Assembly (NCBI GenBank): GCA_020536535.1
Contig: JAHLWZ010000881.1
Location: 1 to 61,795 of the forward strand
Reading direction: 5' to 3'
DNA from: Pelomyxa schiedti
Taxonomy: Eukaryota > Protista > Evosea
Length of the DNA: 61,795 nt
The translations under genes were made by a program, and so were the position numbers. How positions within the stretch are numbered: the stretch's first letter is position 1; every line of letters begins with the position of its first letter. The notes under the pieces were generated by a model. It saw nothing but the letters and a program-made list of their open reading frames with translations, did no database searches and was not told the origin of the DNA. Below, piece after piece: positions 11,149-23,351 of this stretch.

Positions 11149-14100
11149 TTACAACCAAAACCAAGCAATGAGCAACACCAGAAGGGCCACAGCCACCGCT
11201 CTAATTATGTTCCTCTCTGGCTCGCGTTTCCCTGCAAGAATTCGTGCCTGGTAGGTTCCTGTCCTCTGGAACACTTCCAAGAGCCAGAACATATCAAACA
11301 GAAATGAAAAGAGGGCACCGATAGCAACCCAGTACAGACCCCTGTAGCCTCTTCTGGTGGGCCCGTGTGCCTCGAAGTGCTTTGCGAGGTATTCCGTTGG
11401 AACGTGGTATGGAATTGGTGAGGGAGCACAAGCTGTGGTGCCTCCGGAAAAGTGGGAGGAGCAGCCAATGTTCTTATCCCGCGCAGCACAGGACTCGGAA
11501 CACGAGGCACAAATCTCTGCCGCTGCCGCTCGGACAGTTGTGGGAGGGGTTCCGTGTGAGCTGCGCGATTTTAGCATGCAGCCGGTTGGTACACTCGTGA
11601 GGTCTAGGTCTTCCAAGTCGGGAGACATGCTTAGGGGAGGTTGCACTGTTTCTTGCGCCATGTTCTTCTTTGCAATGGCAAGCATGAGCTTGACCCTGTT
11701 GATTTGGTTGATTTCGCTTGCTCCGGGGTCGTAGTCAATGGCAGCTATGTTGGCTGTTGGGAACTTATTGCGGATGAGACGCATCATTCCTCGCCCAGTG
11801 ACATGGTTGGGTAGGCATGCAAAAGGTTGTAGGCACACTATGTTGGTAATCCCACGGCGTAGCATACTAAGCATTTCGGCTGTGAGGAACCAACCTTCAC
11901 CAGCCTGATTGCACAGCGACACGCCATGCTGCTCTGCTAAATCGGCTAAATCCTCAATGTGTTCTGGAGCATGGAATCTCTTAGAGCCACGCATAGCTTC
12001 ATCAACATAAGCTCTGAGATGCTCAACAATTGCAACCAGTACGTGGGCAGCGAATTTCATTTTGAGAGACCCAGAGAGCTGTGAGTAGCGGGTAACATGA
12101 TCATAGACGCAGTACAGGAAGAAGTCACTGAGGTCGTGTGTGATTGATTCAGCACCTTCGGCCTCCAAGAAATCAACAAGATGGTTGTTTGCGTCATCTG
12201 CAAGCTTCACCATAATCTCACCAACAATTCCTACCCGTGGGCGTGAAGCCTTCTCATCCACAAGGGGGAGCTGTTCGAACCTCCTTACAATCTCAGATAT
12301 AGTTTTACGGAATCCGCGCCTATTGCAGCGGACCAGCTGTTTTAGAGCCAGCTCTTCACACTCCTTCTGTAGAGCTCTGGCTGAACCTTTAACAACTTCG
12401 TATGGTCTGCATCGTTGCACTAAGTTCATGAAGAGGTCACCATAAATCAACCCCATCAGGGCCCGAAGCCCCAACCACAAGTCCAGCTGAAATCCTGGGT
12501 GATCTTCCATTCCGTAAGCATTAATTGATAGAACAGGAATCTGTGGCATTCCAGCATCACGGAGTGCTTTTTTTAGGAATGCTACATAATTGGTAGCTCT
12601 GCAACAACCACCGGTTTGGACAAGTGCTACTGCAACCTTATGCAGATCATATTTCCCAGAGTTCAGAGCGTGCATAATCTGACCAATTACGCATACAGCT
12701 GGGAAACAGGAGTCGTTGTGAACGTATTTCAGTCCTTCATCAACGCATGCTTTGTCTAGAACTGGCAAGTAGTGCCCCTGCTTGAATCCCCGCAGTTTGA
12801 AGCATTCCACCATTAGGTCCATGTGGAAAGGTGAGAATTGCGGAGCTATAATTGTGTGTGTGTTTTGCATTGCTTTTGTGAAAAAAACTGGTCCAGGGAA
12901 GGGGGTGAGTTGCTTGGGCTTCATATTTGCTGATGTGCCCGATAATCGCTGTCTTATAATTGCAACTAATGATCTTATGCGAATACGGGCAGCACCAAGG
13001 TTATTAATTTCGTCAATTTTCACAGCAGTGTATATCTTGCCAAAGCGCTCCATTGTTTCCTTTACCTGATCTGTTGTAACGGCATCCAACCCACATCCAA
13101 AAGACACCAGTTGTAGCATATCCAAATCTGGCTGCTCAACAATGAACCTTGCGGCAGAGTACATTCGTGAATGATAAACCCACTGGTCAACAACGCGCAG
13201 AGGTCGATTATCATGTGCTATTTGTCTTCCCAGGTGTGCGATGGAGTCTTCAGACAGGACAGCAAATCCATTAGCAATGATAATGTCCGGAATTCCATGA
13301 TTTATCTCAGGGTCGATATGGTACGGCCTTCCCAGGATTACAATACCATTCAACTTCTGGGAACGCATTGTTTCTATTGCTGTTTCTCCCGCTTTACGTA
13401 AGTCCGATCTGTATCGTTCTAACTCGGCATATGCAGAAGTAACAGCTTGTTGAATCTCTTTATCATTTATGTCGGGGAACATAGCGCGGAACTCCTCTTT
13501 AAGACGTTTAGCCATTCGGCCAGGGTCATCAATGGGAAGGAACGGTAGCAGAAGTCTGACATCGCTGGGAACTGTTAAGTTGTGCTTGATAACCTCCGGG
13601 TAGGAGCCAACCACCGGGCAGTTATAATTGTTGCCGGCGAACGAATCTTCTTTAGTATTGAAGACCACACAAGGGTACCAAATTCGTTTTATTCCTCTGT
13701 CAATGAGGCCTTGTATGTGGCCATGAACTAGCTTGGCAGGGTAGCACACAGTATCTGATGGTATTGTTTCCATTCCAAGTTCGTACACTCGCTTGTTTGA
13801 GGGGTTGCTAAGAAGCACACGGAAGCCAAGTGTGTTGAAGAGAGTAAACCAGAAAGGGTAGTCTTCGTAAATATTAAGAACCCTAGGAATTCCAATGTCT
13901 CCGCGGGGTGCGTCGTCCGGTCTTCGGGGAGGATATTGGAATACACGCCTGTACTTCCATTCATACATATTTGGTATATCTCGTTTACTTGCAGTAAGCT
14001 CACAACCAAGAAGTGCACCACGTTCACATCGATTTCCAGAGATATATGAGCCGCCATCAGAGAAAGTATTAATTGTGAGAAGGCAGTTGTTTACACAGCG

Positions 14101-16745
14101 GCCGCAGCGTTTGGTTGTTGATACAGCACTAAGGGAGTCAAGATCACTTCTTGATAGAGTGGATGAAGGTCTGCCTTCAACATATCTTTCACGGGCAATT
14201 AAGGCAGCTCCAAAGGCACCCATCAAACCAGCTATATCTGGGCGAACAACATCCTTTCCACAAATCTTCTCAAAGCTACGCAAGACACTGTCGTTTAAAA
14301 AGGTGCCCCCTTGCACCACTATCTTGTCCCCCATTTCAGCAGGACTTTTCATGCGGATAACCTTGAAGAGAGCATTTTTTACCACGCTCATTGCAATGCC
14401 ACCACTGATGTCTTCAACAGAAGCTCCCTCTTTTTGAGATTGCTTCACACGAGAATTCATGAAAACTGTGCATCTATGAGGGTCAGCCACTGAGTAAGAC
14501 GCAAACAACTACCTTGTTCCCAAGTCAACAGGATCTTTACTGTAAATCCCTGCTTCGGCAAATTCTTGTATAGTCATATTGAGAGAGTGGGCAAACGTGC
14601 TAATGAAGGAACCGCAGCCAGAAGAACATGCCTTTCAACATGTTATGAACTAATGAAACCAGCAAGGAAGTAACCTCATTAAGGCTGATGGAATCAATTG
14701 CTCCATGGCGTATGGACAAACTCTTCATATCTTGACCACCAATATCCAAGACAAAATCTACACCAGGAAGGAAAAAGTCTGCGGCCTTTCAAAAAATACG
14801 AAGTCAATCTTTGAAGACACAACTGAAAATAACCTTGTAATGAGATATTGTTTCAATTTCTCCATGGTCGATATGCAATGCAGCTTTGATTAAACCCTCA
14901 CCATAACCAGTGACTGCGGAGCATAAAATTTTTACACCAGGTAGTTCGTCGTGCATTGCCTTGAGTGCTCCAATTGTAGTCAGTAGGGGACTGCCTTGAT
15001 TTGTGTCATAGTAGGAATAAACCAGACGTCCACTCTCATCAATTAGAACAATCTTTGTTGTAGTGGAGCCAGAATCAATTCCAAGAAATCCTTGGCCACT
15101 AAGTTTGATGAAGAGTGGGTTCTAGTGTTAGTTATGCTTGAGTTACATTCAGTGGATACAAACTTAAAAGTTGCTTTCTCAGCCCTTGGGACTTTGTGCA
15201 GGCTGTGTCTATCCTTAAAAGCTCTGTATTCTGCATCGGATGCAAACATGGGGGGGAGACGACTTTCTTCCCTTGGCATGTTTAAAATTTTGGGCACAGA
15301 AGCTAAGATTGTTTTCACGTCACACAAGGGGTCTTTTCGCCCATAAAGTGCCGCTCCCAGAGCAACCTGGGAATTTGGCAGGTGCCGTTACTTTCAATTA
15401 GTCAAAAGAGCACATACGAAGTAGTGAGCATTATCAGGGAAAACCACATCTTCAGGTTTCATTTGTAGTGTGTGGATAAATCTTCCACGAAGTTCAGATA
15501 AGAAATGCAATGGTCCTCCAAGAAAGGCAACCTTTCCACGAATAGGTTTACCACACGCAAGGCCACTGATCGTTTGGTTAACTACTGCTTGAAAGACAGA
15601 AATGGCAATGTCCTCCTATAGTACATCATTAGCAAGGGTTCTATTGTTTAGATAGAAAATGACAAGAACCTTTTTAGCTCCTTCATTAAGAAGTGGTTGA
15701 ATATCAGTTTTTGCAAAGACCCCGCACCGAGATGCAATGGGGTATACCATATGGTGATTTTTTGCAAGTTCATTAAGTCCTGCGCTGTCAGTCTAAAACA
15801 AAGTAGGTCAATGCGTTGGCCACTTCAAAATTAATGTCACAAATGACTCGACAACATATTATCTCTATGAAAGGGTACCATTAACAAAGCCGCCATGTGG
15901 TCAATGAAGGAACCCGTCCCGCCAGCACACGTCCCATTCATCCTCTGCTCCATTGCCTTGCCAAAGTATGTAATCTTGGCATCCTCCCCTCCAAGCTCAA
16001 TGGCAACATCAGTGCCAGGGGCTATAATTTCAATAGCCTCTGTGCAAGCTATCACTTCCTGAAGGGGGATTAATTTGGGTTTAGCAAAACAGTGCAGTTA
16101 GCTCAGTTAGCTTGCCACTCTTTTCAAAATCTCGCGCCGAAACGTATGCATACCTGAACAAATGGCACTCCCAGAGATTGAGCAACATTAAGTCCACCTG
16201 ATCCCGTTACACACATCGTGCACGCGTGACCCTGAGGGTGGTAATTGAGTCACAACTTCAGTCCAAGCAGTGGAAACACTCACCAAAAGAGTAGTGCAAG
16301 CTGCACTTAGCATAGCAGTAACAGATGCCTTTATGTCCGAAAAGTGTTTGGTGTATTCGCAATACTCTATCTCGCCCATCATCCCACTCTCCACAGCACT
16401 GGCAGTAGACCCAGCTCCAGCACCAGATCCACACCCCGACGCCGCCGCAGACTCAATTATGGGGGGAGAACTGGAGCCGCCAACGCCAGCGGCGGGGGGA
16501 CAAGGTGTCGCCGAGGGGGATTTCGTTTTCGTGCCGCAGTTGCATTGGCATGAGTTGCCTGCATCGAGGTGTGTTGCGGTTGGGCAACGCAGGGCGACAA
16601 CTTTGACAGTGGTAGATCCAATGTCTACGCCTATGTGGAGCACAGGAGTCGTGGGACCGGCGGGGGGTATGAATACCGGTGGCGGCGGTGTTGTTGACCT
16701 GTAACTGGTCGTAGATGCGTAAGTAGAGGTTGTTGCCGTTGTCAT
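11149..16745 (-). CDS. plsA: Fused 2-hydroxyacyl-CoA dehydratase activator (2x BcrAD/BadFG ATPase) + DUF2229 + HgdD-type dehydratase, PlsA/PlsR plasmalogen synthase-like, with C-terminal TM anchor; 9 introns
   Basis: Spliced motifs: [41 protein letters not shown]; [45 protein letters not shown]; CGRCVNNC...GNRCE; [34 protein letters not shown]; [31 protein letters not shown]. The family call is strong; the symbol is by architecture. Confidence 0.85.
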
Positions 16746-17047
16746 GGTGGTCTTGTTTTGTTGTCGTTTGTGTCGTGGACCGTTGTCGGTGACTCACTCT
16801 CCCCGTGCCGAAGGTTTTACGCGCAGATCCGACGAAGGGCTTGAGAATAAGAGCGAAACTCGGCAAAGAGATCTTCGCTAGATTTTCTCCTACCGGCGTG
16901 CAACTGCGAACTGGACGACACTCGTGGAGCGTACACCTCACTTTCTCTTACCGATGCTCCCTAGATCAGATCCCCTTGACCACTTCAGCCTCTCCATCGA
17001 GATCCATCGGTTCATCATGATGCCGTTTCGGCAACTCAAGCGAAAAG

Positions 17048-20000
17048 ATGAGCAGTTGTGTGGAACGACGACTGAGAAACAGGGACACAAACCCGAACCC
17101 TGCCAACATATACACATGGGGGTAAATGAGGGTCAAATGGCTTCGTTTATAACCGCGTGTGCAGCTTTGGTCAGCATGGGCAGTTGGGACATGGTGACAA
17201 GTTGAATCGCCCAGGGCCAGCTATGGTTCTTATTGTTCTTTTCTGTTTGGATTGTTGGTAACCGTTGGCAGCTTGCCAGATTCGCTCCTGGGCACTGTTG
17301 CATTTCCTCTGCCCCGTGTTACGTGGCTGCTAGTGGATCCAGAACAGCTGGTAAATGTGAAATACTCTTATTTCCGTTTTGAACTCTGGGGGGAAAAAAA
17401 AATCCAAGTCCTTGATGAAGAGGGGCAAGTTTTCGTATTTGGGGGCGCTACAGAAACTGAACCTGGCAGCACGAGACCACTACAAATCGCAGAACTGAGC
17501 CATCGCAAGATAAAGCAGGTAAGGAAAGATGTACTGAGGTTTTTACATGCAATTCAAGGTGGCCTGTGGAGCATTACACATGGTTGCCCTTGACGCAACA
17601 GGAGATGTTTTACAATGGGGAAATGTTTGTTATACTTCTTTTTCACTAGTAATTGACATTCACTAGATTTGTGGAGTTCAGGTCCCGCCATCTGTTGTTC
17701 CTTTTGGAACTGCACGAATTGCCCAAGTATCCCTTATTGAGGAGTGTTATTTATTAAGTCGCATCCAGGTAATAGCCTCTGGAGCATATACAATAGCACT
17801 CAGTGATACAGGCAATTCTTACTCCTGGGGTTGTAATTCGAGAGGGCAGCTCGGACTTGGCGACACTAATGTTTGTATTACTGTTCTTTTGGAAACTGAC
17901 CAAGCAATCCTCAGGATAGGAAAACTCCCCAGCACATTGCATCACTCAGTGGATATAATCTTATCCGAGCCTCATGTGGGGGGCAACATTCTGTCTTTTT
18001 GTCCTCTGAAGGCACTGTTTTCGCCTGCGGGTACAACAAATATGGACAGTTAGGTCTGGGAGATATCATTGACAGGATGACACCACAGGCAATTACAGGG
18101 CTTCCTCCAATTTCATGTGTTGGCTGTGGGGATAATCATTCTCTATTTGGTAGTCCCAATCTTCCTATTTTTTTTCCTTTCTTATTGTCACCAGGGACAC
18201 AAGTTAGAGAAAATACAAATCAATTATTTGTTTGTGGGAGGAAAGGTCAATGTGGAATTGACACTGGAAACATACTTCTACCACAGTATGCACTCCACAG
18301 GACATTTTCGTTTTCCTTAATCTTCTCTTTAACCTCGAAGGCCTCTTCTGGAATTCAATGCTGTTCTTCAAGCCACGGAAGATAGTGTCGCAAATTTAAC
18401 TGGGAATGGGGCGTTCAATGCATCTCACAGTGCTGTTTTAACTCGAAAAGGTTTACTACTGAAGTGATTTTACATTACCGGATGATAGGAAAATTGTACA
18501 TGTGGGGCGGATCCAAGTATGACCAATGTGGAATTTGGGGGAAAGATAATGTTCCCACACCTACCGTTGTTGAGGCTTTCGTGACGACAGAGGTGTCCCA
18601 AGTATGTTCTTATTACAAATATACCAATTATAATAAAAACCCGCGAAGGTGGCGTGTGGTTGGATGCATACAGTGGTGTTATCCCGTGCAACAACAGTAT
18701 CGCCAAAATGTCTTACGAATATCCTGGGAGATTTACATCCCCTGCCAACACCTGTATTGCTGGAGATACTTTCATATCTATCTCCAAAGGTATTAATGAA
18801 TTTAATGCAGAAAATTTTACACAAATTTGTCAGGATCTTGCCAGGGTCGCTTTGACAAATAGTCTTATGCACCAGCTTGCAAATACTGATCTTCTGTGGC
18901 AACAACTTTTTAGAAAAAGCTATACCATCACTCCCGCTTTATCCAGCTGGGAGAAATTAAACCTGAGCAACAAAACATCCACTGCATATAAATATGCTCT
19001 CAAGTTGCAGCCTTCATCGTATCAACTCTCCTCCAAGGTAGTACTCGACCCAATATTCATATTAGAGCCACGGATTTGGTGGCCCTTTGGAAGATACGAT
19101 ACATCTTTGCAGCAAACAAGAAGTATATATGCAGTTCTTCTGTAACCAATGCGATACTGCCAACCCCTACAACTCCTCCTGCCAAGAAAGGATGGTGGTA
19201 AGGCAACATACATTCACTATGGTAAATTTTACAATGATTTTAGGTTCTCTTTCACCATGAACGTATGCACCCAACTTTTTTTGAAAACCAGATAAATTCG
19301 AATCAAAAAAGTTCAGGGGAAAACCGATTAGAACCCTCATGGTGGGACTGGATGCAGCAGGAAGAACCACTATTTTGTATCCTACGATGCACATTTTCGA
19401 AAGGACTTATTTAACTTAGATACAAACTCAAGTTGGGAGAAGTTGTTACTGTTATACCAACAATTGGTCCGAGTTCTAGTGGTTTTCACTTTTTGACCTT
19501 ACGAAATGAGGCTAGGTTTCAATGTAGAGGAAGTAGATATTGCAGGACATAATTTCTGCATATGGTATTTCCATAGTAATGCCTACACACAGTAATCTTT
19601 TTATAGGGATGTGGGTAGGTTCTAAAGAATTTCGGCGTGGAGGTCTTTTCCTCACTTGTGCCCACTTCCAGGTGGAGAAGATAAAATTCGGGCACTGTGG
19701 AAGCATTACTACATGGGCACAGAGGCATACGTTTTCGTCCTTGATGCGTCTGACAGAGAGAGAATTGAAGGTTTGTAGAATGCCCCACCCATACCAGGTG
19801 GTACCAACCTCAAGTTCAAACCAGAGGCCAGTTTCGAAATGCACCGGCTTATTTCTGAAGTTGAGACACTCGAAGCACCTCTGCTGGTTTTCGCCAACAA
19901 GCAGGATCTCCCCAACGCACTCACAGTCGAGGAAGTCACTGAAACTCTGAACCTTCCCGCCATCACCAACCGCAAGTGGCTTGCACAAGGCAGCTGCGCC

Positions 20001-20060
20001 ATCTCAGGCGACGGCCTCCTCGAAGGCTTCACCTGGCTCGCCCGCACCCTCTCCCCCTGA
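17048..20060 (+). CDS. RCC1-repeat + F-box + C-terminal ARF-family GTPase fusion, heavily spliced
   Basis: RCC1 blades ([48 protein letters not shown]); F-box [19 protein letters not shown]|DLARVALT...LW; ARF motifs [40 protein letters not shown] continuous GT-AG splice path links all three parts. Confidence 0.75.
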
Positions 20061-20140
20061 AGCCCAGCCCAAGTACCATAGTCACCACTCACAAAGTTCG
20101 CCTAAAGCCGCAATTTCACTGTCCTCTCGTTGTGGCCGCA

Positions 20141-21807
20141 ATGGACATTGAGCGGGGAGGCGGCAGCAGCAGCACCTACGATTACGAAGAGTACAGCAAG
20201 AGCAGCAGCGGGGGGTGCTGCGGGGCGCCGGGGGAGCAAGGGAGCGAGGAGGAGAGGCGGCACCTGCTGCAGCAGAGCGGGGCCATGGTGTCGTACAGCG
20301 GGTCGGGGGCGGCCGCGAGGGGCCCCCCGCTGAGGCGCCGATTTTTGCTCGAGTCGGACGAGGCCGTCGCTCTCCCGTCCTCGGGCTACTTTGATGTTTT
20401 ACCTGGTGCGTGCGTGCTTTTTGCTGCACCAAAGAGGCTTTGGGCGTTGTTACTATTATGGGTTTTTCTGACCGGGTCGGAATTCTTTTATATAGACGAG
20501 CTTGTGCTGTGCATTTTGTCATTTTCAACTGGAAAGGAAATTGCACAGATGGCAAGAACATGCAGAAGAATGCATGCCTTAGCAGGTGACCCTGCTGCGT
20601 GGGACAGTGTGGCGAGGAGCCATAATTGGCCTCTTAGGAAGGCTCCTTCTTACTATATTAAGCAGTGTGTCAGTTCTTCCTACCCGTTTTGCTTTATTTC
20701 TTAAGTTCTTCATTGCTTTATCATGGGATATGTTCTTTTTCGAATAAGATATGCTGAAGAAGCACAGAGGAACTTGCAAGAGAGAGAAAACGCAAGACGT
20801 GAAGAAATTTCACGTCGTGCTGCTGTACGCTTCTGCCTATTGGTTAAGGTTAATGAAACTTGTCCACAGATGAAAAAAAGAAGAGCTGAACTTGTTGTTC
20901 TCACTTCCTCATCTCGATGCTGGGATTTTCTATACCTCATTCTTCTTGCACTCTTTTTTGCTTTCCTCATCTTGAAGCTGGACAACCATATCCAGTGGAA
21001 TTGGTTTTATGTTGTACTCCCACTGTGTCTATTGCTCGTTCATCTATACCTTAATTTGATGGTACCGATTCTTCACCAACCCCAAGCTGAATTATTCTAT
21101 AGATTTTTTTGTGCCTGCGCCAGACACATGGAGTACACATTCATGACCCAACTGACACAAAGTGGTGCCAGCCAGTTATCCTTGCTCTGATACTAAAATG
21201 CTCTGTCAAGCCCAGAGCAGCAGCGATTTTCTTTGCTATTGTAATTTTGCCCCTCCTATTCCTGGGTGCAGTTTACTTGCACTGCGTCATGGGATTGATA
21301 CCACTACATATAATACCATTACCTCTGTATATCTTTGCATTGGCACTTCTTATTGGGCCTTCCTATGCTGCTACTTGGAGAAGAAGACCCGGAAAACAGA
21401 CACTGTTTCTTTCCTCAATGTGGGCAGGCCTATGCATAGCCACATCAACTACATTGTTTGAATTCCGGCTTCTGGGGTGGTACCCCTGTTCTTGGCTCAT
21501 GATTGTTACACCACTCATTGCTTTACATGGCTTCATGTCATTCCTTCCCATGTGGCTAATGACCTGTGGGAGGTGTTGCTGCACAGAATTCATTGGAGAT
21601 GACACACTGGACACTTTTGTGGAGTTCTTCCTTGTCTCCCTTGTTGGGTTTGTAATGGCACCCTTGGAACTTCTTCTGGCACTGAAGGCTGACCTCGGGT
21701 GGCACATCTCCTGGGCTGCAGTATTCTCACCCTTCTTTTTGGGTTGCTCCTTCATGCTGTGCCTGTTTACTTTGATACAACTTAGCTTCACACCTTTGTG
21801 TCCATAA
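20141..21807 (+). CDS. F-box + TMEM185/TMEM60-like multipass membrane protein
   Basis: Spliced F-box FDVLP|DELVLCILSF...ARTCRRMHALAGDPAAW; TM region with repeated LKLD...WNWFYVVLPL, SWLMIVTPL and LKAD...SWAAVFSPF signatures. Confidence 0.7.
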
Positions 21808-22117
21808 CCAACCCCCTTTTTGTTGTTGTTGGAGTTGTTATCCTCTCGAACTTTTGTGAAAAAAGAAATTGAACTTCAGTTCCACAACAACAATACTCTT
21901 GTTGTTTTTTTTTCCTGTAGTCTGGACTTGCTCGAAAGGTTTATTCAAGTAGGTCGATGGCATAAAAGAAGAGAAAACTTGTGGCGTTGCACACTGTGCA
22001 CAGCAGGTAGATCACGAATTCCTTTTTTTTGTGGCTTTTGTTTTTGACCAACAACAAACAAAGGAAGGGTATGTTGGCAACAAAGACAAAAAAAAAAGTT
22101 TATTCCAGAGGGATTTT

Positions 22118-22863
22118 TTAAAGAACAGAGCCAGCGGTGGCAGCAACACGGGGCCACAGGTCTGCGCACTCCTTGCCAACTGGTCCGGTGATGGCTGATC
22201 CCTTCATTTCTCCCTTGGGATTGACAATTACACCGGCGTTATCTGATAATGGTGGTTAGGAACGGAATGGTGGTAGTGGAGAGGTGGGGTGGTGGGGGAA
22301 AGTTCAGTTAGATAGGGTGGGTGTGATTAGGGGATCTCCCCGTTAAAACCTTCGAAATAGATGAAAACTCCATCGCGTCTGCGCCACGGCTTCCGCTGCC
22401 TGACGATAATGGCCGAATGAACTGAGTGGGGTTACATTGTGTTTTGTGTTGGGGTATTAATTCTCAGGCCCTTATTAAGAAGAGAGCAGTACCTTTTTTC
22501 CTCAGCTCTGGTTTTCCCTTCTTGACTGTGGCAAGAACAATGTCGCCAACAGATGCTGAAGGCAGCCTGTTGAGCCTTCCGTGGATTCCCTTAACAGCGA
22601 TAACGTAAAGGTTCTTTGCGCCGGTGTTGTCTGCACAGTTGATAACGGCACCAACTGGGAGACCACATGTCATCCTGAATTTGTTACCAGTTGCGCCAGC
22701 TCTTCCTGTCGTAAAACAAAACCGCAATTTACGTAAGCTACGAAGAATTTTAAAGAGATACGCACAAAAATGAAAAAAAAAAAAACGACGGCGCGTTTGG
22801 GCGTTACAACAACAGTAAAGTCGCGCATTAACATCTATTTGTCGCACCTCTCTTTGATGCCAT
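22118..22863 (-). CDS. RPL23: 60S ribosomal protein uL14 (L23), 3 introns
   Basis: Splices to [38 protein letters not shown]...[67 protein letters not shown]. Confidence 0.98.
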
Positions 22864-23351
22864 GGCAAAAACGTCGCCTCACGGACCTCGTGTCTTCCTT
22901 GACCGTAGAAAAAAAAAATTACAAAGAAAAAGCAACAAAGGGAAAAAAAAATCTAATATGAGGTGATGTCAGGGAAAAAACAATTGTTTTGGATCTATAG
23001 GGCCCCCAGTCCCCTTCGGCTTGGCCGTTTTCTTCCCAGGTCCTTGTGCCTCCCGATTCAGTCACATAATTGCCACTTCTTCAGCTGAAACCAATTATTA
23101 TTACAGGAACTTTGGCTGTGAATGGTCTAACACCACCGGTGCGCGTGGGTAAAGTGCCGCCCAGTTTCGGTTTGCTATCTCAGATGCATTTCGCCCATTA
23201 GTGACAAAACAGCCCTACCTTGCATTTAGTTCGTTTGTTGTGGCCAGCGCGCAGGAGGCACTGATGGAAAGTTTGGCTGATACATAGTAACGAAATTACT
23301 ATGCGTCAACGTGTTTGATCTCATATTGCCCGAAAAAGTCACAGGCTTCCC

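Noticed and set aside
11149-16745. Bacterial contamination or an endosymbiont contig
   Set aside because: The gene has nine spliceosomal introns that interrupt conserved motifs, and it is flanked closely by eukaryotic genes.
22706-22847. Intronic snoRNA in RPL23 intron 1
   Set aside because: No RUGAUGA/CUGA pair or convincing H/ACA hairpins were visible.
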